28,214 nucleotides of DNA. Source: Oligoflexales bacterium (lineage in GTDB: Bacteria > Bdellovibrionota_B > Oligoflexia > Oligoflexales > CAIYRB01). The DNA lies in assembly GCA_041736175.1 (NCBI GenBank), contig JBGSUI010000233.1:1-28214 (forward strand). Direction: 5' to 3'. This document shows positions 16,877-26,919 of the stretch, in pieces. Positions within the stretch are counted from its first letter, which is position 1. Each line of letters begins with the position of its first letter. The notes below the pieces were generated by a model, which saw only the letters and a program-made list of their open reading frames with translations, searched no databases and had not been told where the DNA came from. The position numbers and the translations under genes are program-made.

Positions 16877-17998
16877 TTAAATTTTACAGATCAAATCCCA
16901 CTGTTCTTTAAGCGTAGCGACCTGGTCAGCCCAGTAGCCCTTGGTTCCGTAAAAATCGAAGGCTTTTTTAAAAGAGGGGTCTTCCCAACGTCGGGCGATC
17001 CAGCCGCTAAAGTGGATCATCCGCAGGGTCCGTAGGGGCTCCACGAGACGGAGGGTGGACCGATCAAAAGGGGCCATGGTCAGATAGGCGTCGAGGATGA
17101 TGTCCTGCTGGCACCGGCTGTAAGAGTCGCGGCCAGGGGCCAAAAGCCAGAGGTCTTGGATGGGTGGCCCCATCATCATATCGTCAAAATCCACAAAAAA
17201 GAGATTGCGGCTTTGGGGGTGGGGCGTCAGATTGTTGCTCCATTGGCCGTGGATAAGGTTGCCCAGATGGCAATCACCATGGATGCGGATGGGCTGGAGA
17301 CTCTCAAACCAAGGGTTGATATGGTGGATGATTTGTTGGACAAGGTCGGAATACTCCGCTTCGAACTCTAGGGGGAGCGCCTTAAGGGACTTGAGATGTT
17401 CGAGGCTCGACAGCCCCATATTTGCGGGCGATAGGGTTAACCTAGCCATCGAGGGGCCCGTGGCTCCCACCTGGTGAATCCTGGCGAGGAGGCGACCGAC
17501 CTGGGCGAGTTGGCTATCCGTAAGCTCGTCGGGGCTCCGTCCGTAGATCCTAGGAAAAAGCGTGACAAATAACTCCGAATCGGGAAGCTGGTAAAGGGTT
17601 TGCCCCGTGCGAAGGATATGGGGAGCGACCACGGGAATTTCATGGTCTTGAAGTTCTTTGAGAAAGCGGTGCTCGTCTAGGATTTGATCTTTGGTCCACC
17701 GACCGGGGCGGTAAAACTTTGCGATCAGCGAAGGCGTCACCGTGCGGCGAGCCTTGGAAGATTGTGGTTCCTCGGTGAGAGGTCGGCGGTGGTCGGGCAG
17801 GGAGGAGGGCGAGGAGGAGGCTGTAAGGGATTCTGGTTCCAGGTAGATTTCGTAGACCCGGTTTTCCATGCTGTTAAGGGCCGAAAGCTGTCCTGTACAG
17901 CGGAACCCTGTGGCGTCTTCGACAGCATCCAAAATCCGGTCGGGTGTGAGCTGGTAAAAAAACTGGGTGGCGGCATCGCCCCAAAAACTTGTTCCCAT
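16877..17998 (-). CDS. srkA: Stress response Ser/Thr kinase SrkA (YihE/RdoA)
   Basis: LNSMENRVY, AKFYRPGRW, RIHGDCHLGN, FVDFDD, GPPIQDLW and WIARRWEDPSF. Confidence 0.9.
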   Translation of the reverse strand: MGTSFWGDAATQFFYQLTPDRILDAVEDATGFRCTGQLSALNSMENRVYEIYLEPESLTASSSPSSLPDHRRPLTEEPQSSKARRTVTPSLIAKFYRPGRWTKDQILDEHRFLKELQDHEIPVVAPHILRTGQTLYQLPDSELFVTLFPRIYGRSPDELTDSQLAQVGRLLARIHQVGATGPSMARLTLSPANMGLSSLEHLKSLKALPLEFEAEYSDLVQQIIHHINPWFESLQPIRIHGDCHLGNLIHGQWSNNLTPHPQSRNLFFVDFDDMMMGPPIQDLWLLAPGRDSYSRCQQDIILDAYLTMAPFDRSTLRLVEPLRTLRMIHFSGWIARRWEDPSFKKAFDFYGTKGYWADQVATLKEQWDLICKI

Positions 17999-18052
17999 GG
18001 GTGTGCTTTCTGTGGTTAGAGGAACCTCGATCAGGGTGCTTCTTTATCACGA

Positions 18053-19237
18053 TTGACAAAGATCCTCTATTCCTTGTGCCATCCGAGGAATCAGGTGTTT
18101 AGACAAGGAGGTGGATTTTTGCAGCCCACGCAGCTTATCACCTGCCATGAACATGGTGCTCAACTTGCCATCCAGGAACTCAAAGATCTCTTGGAAATTC
18201 CGGGCTCCAAAGACCCCGTTTCGATCCAAGAGATTGGACCGGGAATCCTCAAACTCCAGCTTCCGGGTGCTTTAACAGAAGCAGCGGCGGCTGTTTTTGG
18301 TTTGACAGGTGAAAATCCCCTGTGGCGGCGTCCACTCGTCTGGTCGAGACATCGCCACCCGGTCCACGGGGTCTTACGGATCACGGATCCTGAGAGCCTG
18401 GTGGACCAGATCAAAGCTGACCTTATAGGAAAGTTCGGGGATCTGAGAAAGCAGGCCCTAGAGCCGCTGATTCAGGTGCGCAAGATCCATGGTGTGACGG
18501 AGCTTAGCGCCGGTCAGATCGCAAGGGACCTCCTGACCTCTTTGGGGCTGAGCGGGACCCGTGATGGAGTTAAACCCCAGCAGTCGGTCCTCAGCGTGAC
18601 GGTGGTAGGAGAATCCCTCTATTGGGGGCTCGGGCCCCTAGGGGGACAATGGTCCCCAAAAAGTGGGGGAGCCTATCATTATCCCAAAGAGAAACTGCGC
18701 TTTTCTCGGGCATCTGCCAAGCTTTACGAAGCCTTTGAGGTCTTCTCTATCACCCCTGATCCGTCTGTTAAGGAGGGAAAGGGTCTAGCCCTCGATCTAG
18801 GTGCTGCTCCGGGTGGCTGGACAGGGGTCTTGGTAGCATACGGCTATAATGTGATTGCTATCGACCCAGGGGATTTAGATGCTGCCTTAAGGGGGCATCC
18901 AAAGGTTAAGCATCTGGCTATCAAGGCTGAATCGGCGCGGTTCGGTGATCAAAAGTTTGCGCTGATCACCTGTGATGCTAACTGGGATCCTCAGGCGGCC
19001 CAAGACACGATCGTCGGTCTCTACGACCGGCTGGTCCTTGGAGGGTATGTGGTTTTTACCCTTAAACTGATGCACGACTATAAAAAGATTCGTGACAGGC
19101 CCGCTAGTCTTAAAGCGGTGGTTAACCAAGTCCAAAGGGCAACCCGATTTTTTGAAAAATCCTATGAAATAAAGGGGCTAACCCAACTCTTTCATAATCG
19201 GGCCGAAGTGACCTTTCTGCTTCAAAAGACTTTTTAA
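18053..19237 (+). CDS. FtsJ/RlmM-like 2'-O RNA methyltransferase
   Basis: SRASAKLYEA, ALDLGAAPGGWT, AIDPG, TCDAN, FTLKL and QLFHNRAEVT, giving the K-D-K-E tetrad. Start codon uncertain. Confidence 0.8.
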   Translation: MTKILYSLCHPRNQVFRQGGGFLQPTQLITCHEHGAQLAIQELKDLLEIPGSKDPVSIQEIGPGILKLQLPGALTEAAAAVFGLTGENPLWRRPLVWSRHRHPVHGVLRITDPESLVDQIKADLIGKFGDLRKQALEPLIQVRKIHGVTELSAGQIARDLLTSLGLSGTRDGVKPQQSVLSVTVVGESLYWGLGPLGGQWSPKSGGAYHYPKEKLRFSRASAKLYEAFEVFSITPDPSVKEGKGLALDLGAAPGGWTGVLVAYGYNVIAIDPGDLDAALRGHPKVKHLAIKAESARFGDQKFALITCDANWDPQAAQDTIVGLYDRLVLGGYVVFTLKLMHDYKKIRDRPASLKAVVNQVQRATRFFEKSYEIKGLTQLFHNRAEVTFLLQKTF

Positions 19238-19368
19238 TTAGCTAAACAAAACAAAAATTTGACTTAAAACAGAAAATAGATTAATAACTGCCCTATTAAT
19301 GGGTTTTTTGACGTTTATACAAATTGGATCGAGTTTTCTCAAACCTTAGTTAAAGTCGAGATTTATTT

Positions 19369-20163
19369 ATGGAAAAACTAAAACGTACAGAATTTTATAT
19401 CTGCCTGCTGTTAAGTAGCTTAGCCCTAGGTGCATTGGGTTGCGGGAGCGCAAAAAAATCCAAACCTGATCAAACTGTGATCGATCCAAAGGCGGAAGAG
19501 ACTTCCAAAAAGGCTCTCGACGAAGACGCCTCTGGGAAGTCAAAAAAATCCGGTGACTCTCCTCAACAGTCGCCTGTCCAAAATCAAGAGTCCCCCAACC
19601 AGTCTCCCAGCCCTGATGCGAAATATCAAGATACTCAAAAACCCGCAGCACAGCCTCTCGAAGGCACCTTCGTGCAGGTGGACAACCAGCAGGCCCGAGT
19701 GGTGATCAGTCCAGACCTACTCTTGACCACCAATCTTGAGTTTCCAAGCCCCTCGGGCAATGGCACCAGGTTGACGCCGAGTTTTCCCCAAGGTTTGCGG
19801 TATTTCCAGCCCACAGACGAATACCGTACCATCGGGACCTATAACGATGGCACCGGTGTTTTCAAAAACATCGAAATACGAGTGAGGCTCTATGGCCAAA
19901 ATAAACTCCTCGATGTTTCATTGATTACGTCGCCAGTAATTCAGAATACACTCACCGAGACCACTGGTGGTTCGACGGCAGGTGATGGAGACGGTATTGC
20001 GTTGACCCAGGTTGTTTCCTTTTGTTTGCCGTTTCCTCTGCTTTCTTGTCCGCTTCCTCCTGCTCCACCTCCACCGCCACCGCTTCCACCACCAACGAAC
20101 TGTCCAAACCCTTGCCCACCAAGCAACCAAATGAAGTATGTCTATCGATTTGTGCGAGCATAA
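19369..20163 (+). CDS. Hypothetical lipoprotein with a Cys-flanked polyproline tract
   Basis: Lipobox ALG-C, an S/Q/P/K-rich linker, and CPLPPAPPPPPPLPPPTNCPNPCPP near the C-terminus. Confidence 0.75.
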   Translation: MEKLKRTEFYICLLLSSLALGALGCGSAKKSKPDQTVIDPKAEETSKKALDEDASGKSKKSGDSPQQSPVQNQESPNQSPSPDAKYQDTQKPAAQPLEGTFVQVDNQQARVVISPDLLLTTNLEFPSPSGNGTRLTPSFPQGLRYFQPTDEYRTIGTYNDGTGVFKNIEIRVRLYGQNKLLDVSLITSPVIQNTLTETTGGSTAGDGDGIALTQVVSFCLPFPLLSCPLPPAPPPPPPLPPPTNCPNPCPPSNQMKYVYRFVRA

Positions 20164-20292
20164 ACTGATCACTCTCGAGGGTTTTAACGAAGGCCCTTCC
20201 AGGATCATGGAGAGATTTAGGCCCGAATCTAGCGATGAATCGAGGAGGATTTCAAGGAAGGATCTCGAGGAATCAACACCAATTGGAATTTT

Positions 20293-21495
20293 TTAATAGA
20301 TCTCAAGAGTTTTATCCAGGTTTGAACATTGTGGTTTTATGATACCGTCATAAATCCAATCGGTAATTTCTGTAGGTGTTTGGAAGGACTTTATCCCATG
20401 AGTCTTGTAGGTCTTTAAGTCATCATTGAGTGAAGGGATAGGGAGCTTACAAGCCAATACGGAACCATACCAGAATTGAAGTGCCCGGGAATGGTCCAGA
20501 TAGAGCCTGTCCAAGAAAGAGTTTCCAGTGATACGGACTGAGGCCAATTTGTCTTCTTCTACTTTGTTGCGGTTGATCTTGATTTCGCCGATAATTTCTC
20601 TCAATCCCTTGAAAAAGGATTCGTCAGAAGTCGGAATATTCAGGATTCTAAATTTTTGAATTTCCGAGGTTTGAATGTTTAATAAACCGATCCTCTTATC
20701 CTTCAAATAAAGGACTCTTTTTAACAAATCTTTTCCTATATTGCCATTGGCATAGCCTGGACCAACGTAGGGATCAAGGAGTGCTACGACCTGTGGCTTT
20801 AGTGCGCGTTTCAATTTAGAAGAGGTGATATATTCTGCCAATTTAATGGCTACATGAGCACCTTTGCTAAATCCCGCAAAATGGGGTTGAGGCCCATGAT
20901 AATCCTGGAAGGCCTCCTGATAAAAATGGAACATGTTAATGAAAAAATCAGAATCGGTCTGATCCAAAATAATGTCTTCTTCCATGGCAGACAGAAAAAG
21001 ATCTAAATCCAATGGAGTTGGCTTTCCCTGATTGTTATTGACCCGCATCAGCAAATTTTCCAGCCCTATAGGATTGGGATGCCTAGAATCCCACATCATT
21101 GCGAGGATTTCCCCGCCAATGAGATCAGCTGGGGGCGGTACGGAGACTTTGCCCTTGGAGAAATCCAGTAAGCCATGTTCCCTGAAGACCATTTCAGAGG
21201 TCACTTCAAAGGGCCCTTCACGATTGCCTTGCTGAAGGCCGTGGAAAATCAGCTTAATCCCTGCTGGATTTGGTGAAACCTTAGAAACCGGTTCCCAACT
21301 TTTAGTCGTTTTGCTGTAGCGCATGAGTTTAAATGTATGATCGCTTGATGCAAAAACCCCAGGAGCCTCGATGCGGCCCAAACGCACCTGGGCTCCCCCG
21401 ACTCCCATGAGAATATCGCTGTCTTTATGTTTGTGGCTCTGACTCGAGTTTAAGCATCCACCCATTAAAAGAAAAAAAACACAAGTTTTAAACAT
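20293..21495 (-). CDS. Secreted or lipid-anchored alpha/beta hydrolase, lipase-like
   Basis: Start MFKTCVFFLLMGG-C with a GGAAGG SD (the ORF track starts at 21591). IFHGL, AGFSKGAHVA (GxSxG), LLDP and DHSRA. Confidence 0.7.
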   Translation of the reverse strand: MFKTCVFFLLMGGCLNSSQSHKHKDSDILMGVGGAQVRLGRIEAPGVFASSDHTFKLMRYSKTTKSWEPVSKVSPNPAGIKLIFHGLQQGNREGPFEVTSEMVFREHGLLDFSKGKVSVPPPADLIGGEILAMMWDSRHPNPIGLENLLMRVNNNQGKPTPLDLDLFLSAMEEDIILDQTDSDFFINMFHFYQEAFQDYHGPQPHFAGFSKGAHVAIKLAEYITSSKLKRALKPQVVALLDPYVGPGYANGNIGKDLLKRVLYLKDKRIGLLNIQTSEIQKFRILNIPTSDESFFKGLREIIGEIKINRNKVEEDKLASVRITGNSFLDRLYLDHSRALQFWYGSVLACKLPIPSLNDDLKTYKTHGIKSFQTPTEITDWIYDGIIKPQCSNLDKTLEIY

Positions 21496-21687
21496 AATAA
21501 ACCTTCCACGTTCCGCCAGCAAAATGACCAAGACTTTGGACTTCTGTACGTCTAGGTCGGATAGAGCTTTTACAAGTTCTATGCCAGTCAAAATGTCAAT
21601 GAATCCGGGATTTTTTGCGGAGGCCAGCTGGTTTAAGAGGCGATAAACTATACAGAGTGACTAATTTTAGCCATGTTTTGTAATTAG

Positions 21688-22383
21688 TTAAAAGATACTA
21701 CAGGACACATCAATCTTAGACTTAACGAGATTGAGGTTTTTAGAACAGTCGTAAGACCCACTACCTAGGACATAGAGGCTTGAGTCTGGATCGGCAATAT
21801 CGACAACCATCCCACCCAAGGTGGCGCCTCTAGCGACATGAACCGTGATATCGGTCTTACGTCCCATGGAAACTATTTTTAATTTTGGCAAGTCGATCCC
21901 AACCTCGATCAAGACTTGGTTTTGGGCACCGTCAAGGTAAATACAGTGACCTGAGATAGAGGCTCCAGGAGCGAGGGCGATCAACTTTGTGGCAAAGTCC
22001 CCGTTGTTTCCATGATAGCTAAAGGTCAATCCTTCACCTTTGTAGAGAGGTCGTTTGCCATCGGTGTTAAGAGATTTAATGTCTGTCTCTCGAATTCCAA
22101 GATGTTTGGCGCAGTCTTGGGAGGGATCAAACCCTACAAGGGCTTTGCTCGTATTGGCATTTTCAAACCCAGAAACTTCGACAGCCGTTGGGGGCGGGGA
22201 ACGCTCTGGAGCGAGCATCATGTCGTGGTGTGGACTTTTGTCGGGCGGCAAAGGGGATCGGTATGAAGCCCTAGAGGGTTCCCGATCAGTTGCAATCTTG
22301 TCTATCTTAGAGCAAGACATGGATCCTATTATCATGAAACCTAAAGCACTTATCGCCAGAGTCCACACTAATTTTCTATACAT
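21688..22383 (-). CDS. Hypothetical lipoprotein
   Basis: Hydrophobic leader ending SMS-C, GAGGAG SD, beta-rich C-terminal half. Confidence 0.7.
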   Translation of the reverse strand: MYRKLVWTLAISALGFMIIGSMSCSKIDKIATDREPSRASYRSPLPPDKSPHHDMMLAPERSPPPTAVEVSGFENANTSKALVGFDPSQDCAKHLGIRETDIKSLNTDGKRPLYKGEGLTFSYHGNNGDFATKLIALAPGASISGHCIYLDGAQNQVLIEVGIDLPKLKIVSMGRKTDITVHVARGATLGGMVVDIADPDSSLYVLGSGSYDCSKNLNLVKSKIDVSCSIF

Positions 22384-22557
22384 TGTCGGTACTCCTCTTA
22401 GTCCCCATTGACTTATACTTACGTAATCGGTACATGGCGCACTCGGCCTAAAGATTTTTTTGAGGCCCTTGAATGCTGAGATTTTTTATGGAGTTGCGAC
22501 GACAGGGGAGCCCGTAATTCAAACGGGCAGGATTTGCGAGGTTCGTCCTAAGTCGCT

Positions 22558-23469
22558 ATGATGAGGCAGAGTCAAGGAATAGGGAATCGACACCACGAAC
22601 AGAATGAGGCAACCTTGGACGCACCTAAAACCCCCCAAAAATCCAGTGAGCCTTTAAACCGTAGGCAAATTGTCACCCAAGGGACCGGCTATGCCCTGGC
22701 CATGTGTCCCGTAAGTGCCATGGCCCTGACGACTCCGTCCGACGGTATCGTCACGGATTGGTTGAGTCTTAAGGCGGGCGGCCAGGAGACCATGCAGGTC
22801 TATCGGGCTGTCCCTAAGAGCGGGCCACCCAAAGCCGTCGTCTTTGTAATCCAAGAGATTTTTGGTTTGCATGAATACATCAAAGATGTTTGCCGCCGTC
22901 TTGCCACAAAGGGCTATGTCGCCCTTGCTCCTGATCTCTTTTTTCGGCAGGGAGATGCCACTAAACTGGCCTCCATCGATGATATCAGGACCAAAATAGT
23001 CGCAAAAGTCTCACAAAAAGCTGTTCTTGGTGATCTCGATCGGTTGTTTGAGGAAGCTTCCAAAACCTATCCCACGCTGCCAGTCGGCATCACTGGGTTC
23101 TGCTGGGGAGGTACGGTCACATGGCTTTACGCGGCCCATAATCCCAAGATCAAGGCAGGTGTGGCTTGGTATGGTCGTCTTAAATTTGATAAGACCCCGC
23201 TCATCAGCACGTTTCCCCTCGAAATCGCTCCCCACCTCAAGGCTCCAGTCCTTGGCCTTTATGGGGGTCTCGATAAAGGGATCCCCCTTGGGGACGTCAA
23301 GGAAATGAGCGATAAACTGGCTTCCGTTAAGTCAGCTTCTTCCATCAAAGTGTTTCCTAAGGCAGACCATGGTTTCCACGCAGACTATAGGCCGTCCTAT
23401 GCACAAGCCGATGCGAAGCAGGGCTGGGAAGATATGTTGGCCTGGTTTGGTAAACATGGAGTGCCCTGA
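22558..23469 (+). CDS. Dienelactone hydrolase family protein (YghX-like)
   Basis: QEIFG, APDLF, GFCWGG (Cys nucleophile), GLYGGLD and HGFHADYRPSY. N-terminal NRRQ Tat-like motif. Confidence 0.92.
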   Translation: MMRQSQGIGNRHHEQNEATLDAPKTPQKSSEPLNRRQIVTQGTGYALAMCPVSAMALTTPSDGIVTDWLSLKAGGQETMQVYRAVPKSGPPKAVVFVIQEIFGLHEYIKDVCRRLATKGYVALAPDLFFRQGDATKLASIDDIRTKIVAKVSQKAVLGDLDRLFEEASKTYPTLPVGITGFCWGGTVTWLYAAHNPKIKAGVAWYGRLKFDKTPLISTFPLEIAPHLKAPVLGLYGGLDKGIPLGDVKEMSDKLASVKSASSIKVFPKADHGFHADYRPSYAQADAKQGWEDMLAWFGKHGVP

Positions 23470-24371
23470 CAGGGGCGGGGTGAGCACGGTACGGAGTCGA
23501 GGCCCTTTTTAATGTAAACTTGATCATGATTAACCTTGGTCGTTTAGGTCACGGAGTGTCCTCGCCTGATGACAGTTAGATTGAGCTTGCCTTTCAATCC
23601 GAGGCAAGCTACCTATTCCTAGAAAGGGCAGGAATCTTGGCGAAGATTCAAGCACAAGTCGCCCTTGGCATCAGTGTTATGCGCCGATATTATTTTAATA
23701 CCAAGAAATGTTTGCGACCCGAGGGAAACAAAAAAATGTCATTAAAATCAGGAATCAATAAAACATTAGGCGTTCTTTCGGCAGTACTAGCCATCACGGC
23801 TATGCAGATCTATATCACCGCCTGCGGCATTAAAGACCCTGCGGCGCGGGCTCCGGAAGTGCAGGATCCACACATAACCCCCCAACCTGCTGATGACAAA
23901 GTAGAAGGTGGAGCGGATCATTTACCGACAACCGCCACCGTACTCGAACAATTTCGAGGTGTTTGGTTTACCAAGTGCCTAAATCTCGAAAACGGAATGT
24001 TCCATAAATCCACTTTGACCATTGTCAAAGCGGAAGACGTGCGGACTTCAACGGACGTCTATTTGGATGCGGAATGCCACGGTAAAAGCAAAAAGGTTTA
24101 TTCAAGTCGGGGGTCAATAGTGATTCACCAACCGTCATCAGCCGTAAAGGGCGCATACGAAGCAAATTTCATTGATGGCACTCGCACAACCTACTCGCTG
24201 ATTAATCTGAGTGACGGTGCACTAAGCATTGGCCTATGTAACAAAGGGTGCACTACGCCAGATCAACGAGCTTCAGGTCTTGATCCAATTGCATTTACCA
24301 TCAGAGTGCCAATCATTTAGCGAAGGAGTCATCTGAAAAAGACGCTGGCTTGGTTTAGTAAACATGGAGTG
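23438..24371 (+). repeat. Direct repeat: the 3' end of the dienelactone hydrolase gene is duplicated (23438-23463 and 24346-24371)
   Basis: tggcctggtttggtaaacatggagtg vs tggcttggtttagtaaacatggagtg, 24 of 26 identical, 908 bp apart. Confidence 0.85.
23736..24320 (+). CDS. Hypothetical lipoprotein
   Basis: ATG at 23736 with GAGGG upstream, lipobox ITA-C, and FRGVWFTKC, which resembles the first strand of a beta-barrel. Confidence 0.7.
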   Translation: MSLKSGINKTLGVLSAVLAITAMQIYITACGIKDPAARAPEVQDPHITPQPADDKVEGGADHLPTTATVLEQFRGVWFTKCLNLENGMFHKSTLTIVKAEDVRTSTDVYLDAECHGKSKKVYSSRGSIVIHQPSSAVKGAYEANFIDGTRTTYSLINLSDGALSIGLCNKGCTTPDQRASGLDPIAFTIRVPII

Positions 24372-24464
24372 ACTTGGCTATGGTAAGGCGAGCATCACTG
24401 GTGTTAAAAAAAGTGATCGCCCTGTGCCTTGATAGGAAACACAGGACGAGCTGAAACATGCGGT

Positions 24465-25832
24465 TTAGTACTTGTATTCGTCGAGCTTGTAGGGTCCATC
24501 AATTTTGACATTGATGTATTTGGCTTGGACAGGGGTCAGCTTGGTGATCACGCCGCCAAATCCTTCGACCATATTGCGAGCCACTTCTTCGTCGAGTTTT
24601 TTAGGCAAGACTTTGACAAAAAGTGGTTCGCTTTTCTTGTCGGCCCATTTTTTAGAGTACAGATACATCTGGGCGAGGACTTGGTTGGCAAAGGAGCCGT
24701 CCATAATCCGCGAAGGGTGTCCGGTAGCGTTGCCGAGGTTTACCAAGCGGCCTTCGGAAAGCAAGATAATAAAGTTTTCTTGGTCTTTCGAATCGCGGAA
24801 AATCTTGTGGACTTGGGGTTTAACTTCTTGCCATTCAAACTTTTCCCGGAGAAACTTGGTATCGATCTCGTTATCAAAGTGACCGATGTTACAGACGACA
24901 GCGCCGGATTTCACGGCGGTCAGCATATATTTATCGCAGACGTCAATGTTTCCTGTGGTCGTCACAATAAGATCGGTGGTGGCGAGGAGCTCTTTGTTGA
25001 GTCCTTCGGCGGAGCTGGTGTTGACGCCATTTTTGTAGGGGGAGACCACTTCATAGCCGTCCATGCATGCTTGCATGGCGCAGATGGGGTCGATCTCGGT
25101 GATCTTAACGATCATACCCTCTTGGCGCAGACTTTGGGCAGATCCTTTGCCCACGTCTCCGTAGCCAATCACCAGAGCTTTTTTGCCTGCTAGCAGCATA
25201 TCAGTACCGCGTTTGATGGCGTCGTTAAGGCTGTGGCGGCAGCCGTATTTGTTGTCGTTTTTAGATTTGGTGATGGAGTCGTTGACATTGATGGCGGGGA
25301 CTTTGAGTTGTCCTTTGGCCATCATTTCCATCAGGCGGTGGACCCCGGTGGTGGTCTCTTCGGTGATGCCGTGGATCTTGTCCAGGAGCTGGGGGTACTT
25401 GTTATGGATCATCTCGGTGAGGTCGCCACCGTCGTCGAGGATCATGTTGACGTCCCAGGGCTTGCCATTTTTAAGGATGGTTTGCTCAATACACCAGGTG
25501 CCTTCGTCGTTGGTTTGGCCTTTCCATGCATAAACAGCGATGCCGCTGGCTGCTATGGCCGCTGCTGCATGGTCTTGGGTCGAAAAGATATTGCAAGAGG
25601 ACCAGCGCACCTCGGCTCCCAACTCCACCAGGGTTTCGATAAGAACAGCTGTCTGGATGGTCATATGAATACAGCCGATGATCTTTGCGCCCTTAAGGGG
25701 CTTCTCTGCCCCATGCTTTTTGCGGAGTGCCATCAAGGCGGGCATTTCACGCTCAGCGAGTTTGATTTCCCGACGGCCAAATTCTGATAAACCTAAATCA
25801 GCGACTTTGTAATCATGTTTCGACATAGACAT
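24465..25832 (-). CDS. ahcY: S-adenosylhomocysteine hydrolase
   Basis: [58 protein letters not shown] and [15 protein letters not shown]. Confidence 0.98.
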   Translation of the reverse strand: MSMSKHDYKVADLGLSEFGRREIKLAEREMPALMALRKKHGAEKPLKGAKIIGCIHMTIQTAVLIETLVELGAEVRWSSCNIFSTQDHAAAAIAASGIAVYAWKGQTNDEGTWCIEQTILKNGKPWDVNMILDDGGDLTEMIHNKYPQLLDKIHGITEETTTGVHRLMEMMAKGQLKVPAINVNDSITKSKNDNKYGCRHSLNDAIKRGTDMLLAGKKALVIGYGDVGKGSAQSLRQEGMIVKITEIDPICAMQACMDGYEVVSPYKNGVNTSSAEGLNKELLATTDLIVTTTGNIDVCDKYMLTAVKSGAVVCNIGHFDNEIDTKFLREKFEWQEVKPQVHKIFRDSKDQENFIILLSEGRLVNLGNATGHPSRIMDGSFANQVLAQMYLYSKKWADKKSEPLFVKVLPKKLDEEVARNMVEGFGGVITKLTPVQAKYINVKIDGPYKLDEYKY

Positions 25833-25848
25833 TTTCCTTTAATAGGGG

Positions 25849-26838
25849 TTAATGATGAGACTCTATCGATTGAAATAGCTTTATTTGAATTTGAAAGCCA
25901 TTTTTAAGACCTAAATATAAACTTTCTTCTTCGCGAAAACCAGCGCGTTTAGCCCATTCATCTAAATCCTGTGGGTCAAAACCAAGCCAGACATCACCAC
26001 AGGAGGTTCGGGTCCACTCTTGGTGGTGCAGACCTAAGTCGGCAATCACCAAATAGCCACCTGGCTTGAGAATCTCCTTGGATTTCTGGAAGGCATGGAT
26101 CGGAGACGGTAGATGGTGCAGCACCATGTTAAGCACCAGGGCATCAAAAGGCGTGTCTTCCATTTGGTAGTCTTCGAGGGCACATTTGATAAATTTGATT
26201 TTGCTTTGGAGCGCCATACTCAGTCGAGTGAAATCAAGCATCTCCTGTGAGATATCCAGGGCCACAAGATGGTCGTAACGGCGGAGTAGCTCGCTGAGGA
26301 GTTCCCCTTGGCCTGGTCCCACTTCCATCACATGGCTGTGGCGCGGGAGTTTCATCATATCGAGCACTTCACCAAGGTTAGGAAGGTAGTGGCTTAAGTC
26401 GCACAGCAGGCCCTGGTTTTGGGAAAACTGCTCCACATGGCGCTCAAAGTAAATCCGCGATGCGGAAGCCCGCGCTTCATAAACCTCTTGGATGCGGCTG
26501 TTGACCTCTGGGCTTAGGGGGAGATCATCGATCGTCCGGTAGAGACTGGTGAGAAGCGCCCCATAGGGAAGGTTGGTCTTAACTAAGGCGCGCCGGTAGA
26601 AGATGATATTACCCTGCCTACGGGTCAGGACCAGGCCTGCGGTGGCGAGGATCTTAAGGTGGTGGCTCATCCCCGGCTGGGGTAGACCAAAGATACTCGC
26701 CAACTCTTGAACTCCAAAGGATTCGTGACTTAAAACCCTCAAGACATCCAGTCGCAGGGGATCACCAACAGCGCGGCACATCAAAGCAAGATGATTGCTT
26801 TCAGCGGTAGGTTCGGTCTTTTTAAGGGTCGATTCCAT
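25849..26838 (-). CDS. sahR: ArsR HTH + SAM-methyltransferase fusion regulator (SahR-like)
   Basis: GDPLRL...VQELA...QPGMSHHLKILA ArsR HTH, then EVGPGQG, MVLHH and LKPGG. Lies directly upstream of ahcY. ATG 26838 preferred over TTG 26853. Confidence 0.85.
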   Translation of the reverse strand: MESTLKKTEPTAESNHLALMCRAVGDPLRLDVLRVLSHESFGVQELASIFGLPQPGMSHHLKILATAGLVLTRRQGNIIFYRRALVKTNLPYGALLTSLYRTIDDLPLSPEVNSRIQEVYEARASASRIYFERHVEQFSQNQGLLCDLSHYLPNLGEVLDMMKLPRHSHVMEVGPGQGELLSELLRRYDHLVALDISQEMLDFTRLSMALQSKIKFIKCALEDYQMEDTPFDALVLNMVLHHLPSPIHAFQKSKEILKPGGYLVIADLGLHHQEWTRTSCGDVWLGFDPQDLDEWAKRAGFREEESLYLGLKNGFQIQIKLFQSIESHH

Positions 26839-26919
26839 TGCGATTCCGTCCAAGAGATTGGAAAGAAGTTCCCCCTTGGAAGCTCCATCCTAATGTCTCA
26901 TCGGCAGAAACGCAAATCT

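Noticed and set aside
19289..19310. Intrinsic terminator after the RlmM-like gene
   Set aside because: The stem is only 3-4 bp, too weak to call.
24429..25787. Long plus-strand ORFs of 254, 125, 116 and 184 aa
   Set aside because: Antisense shadows of the highly conserved ahcY gene.
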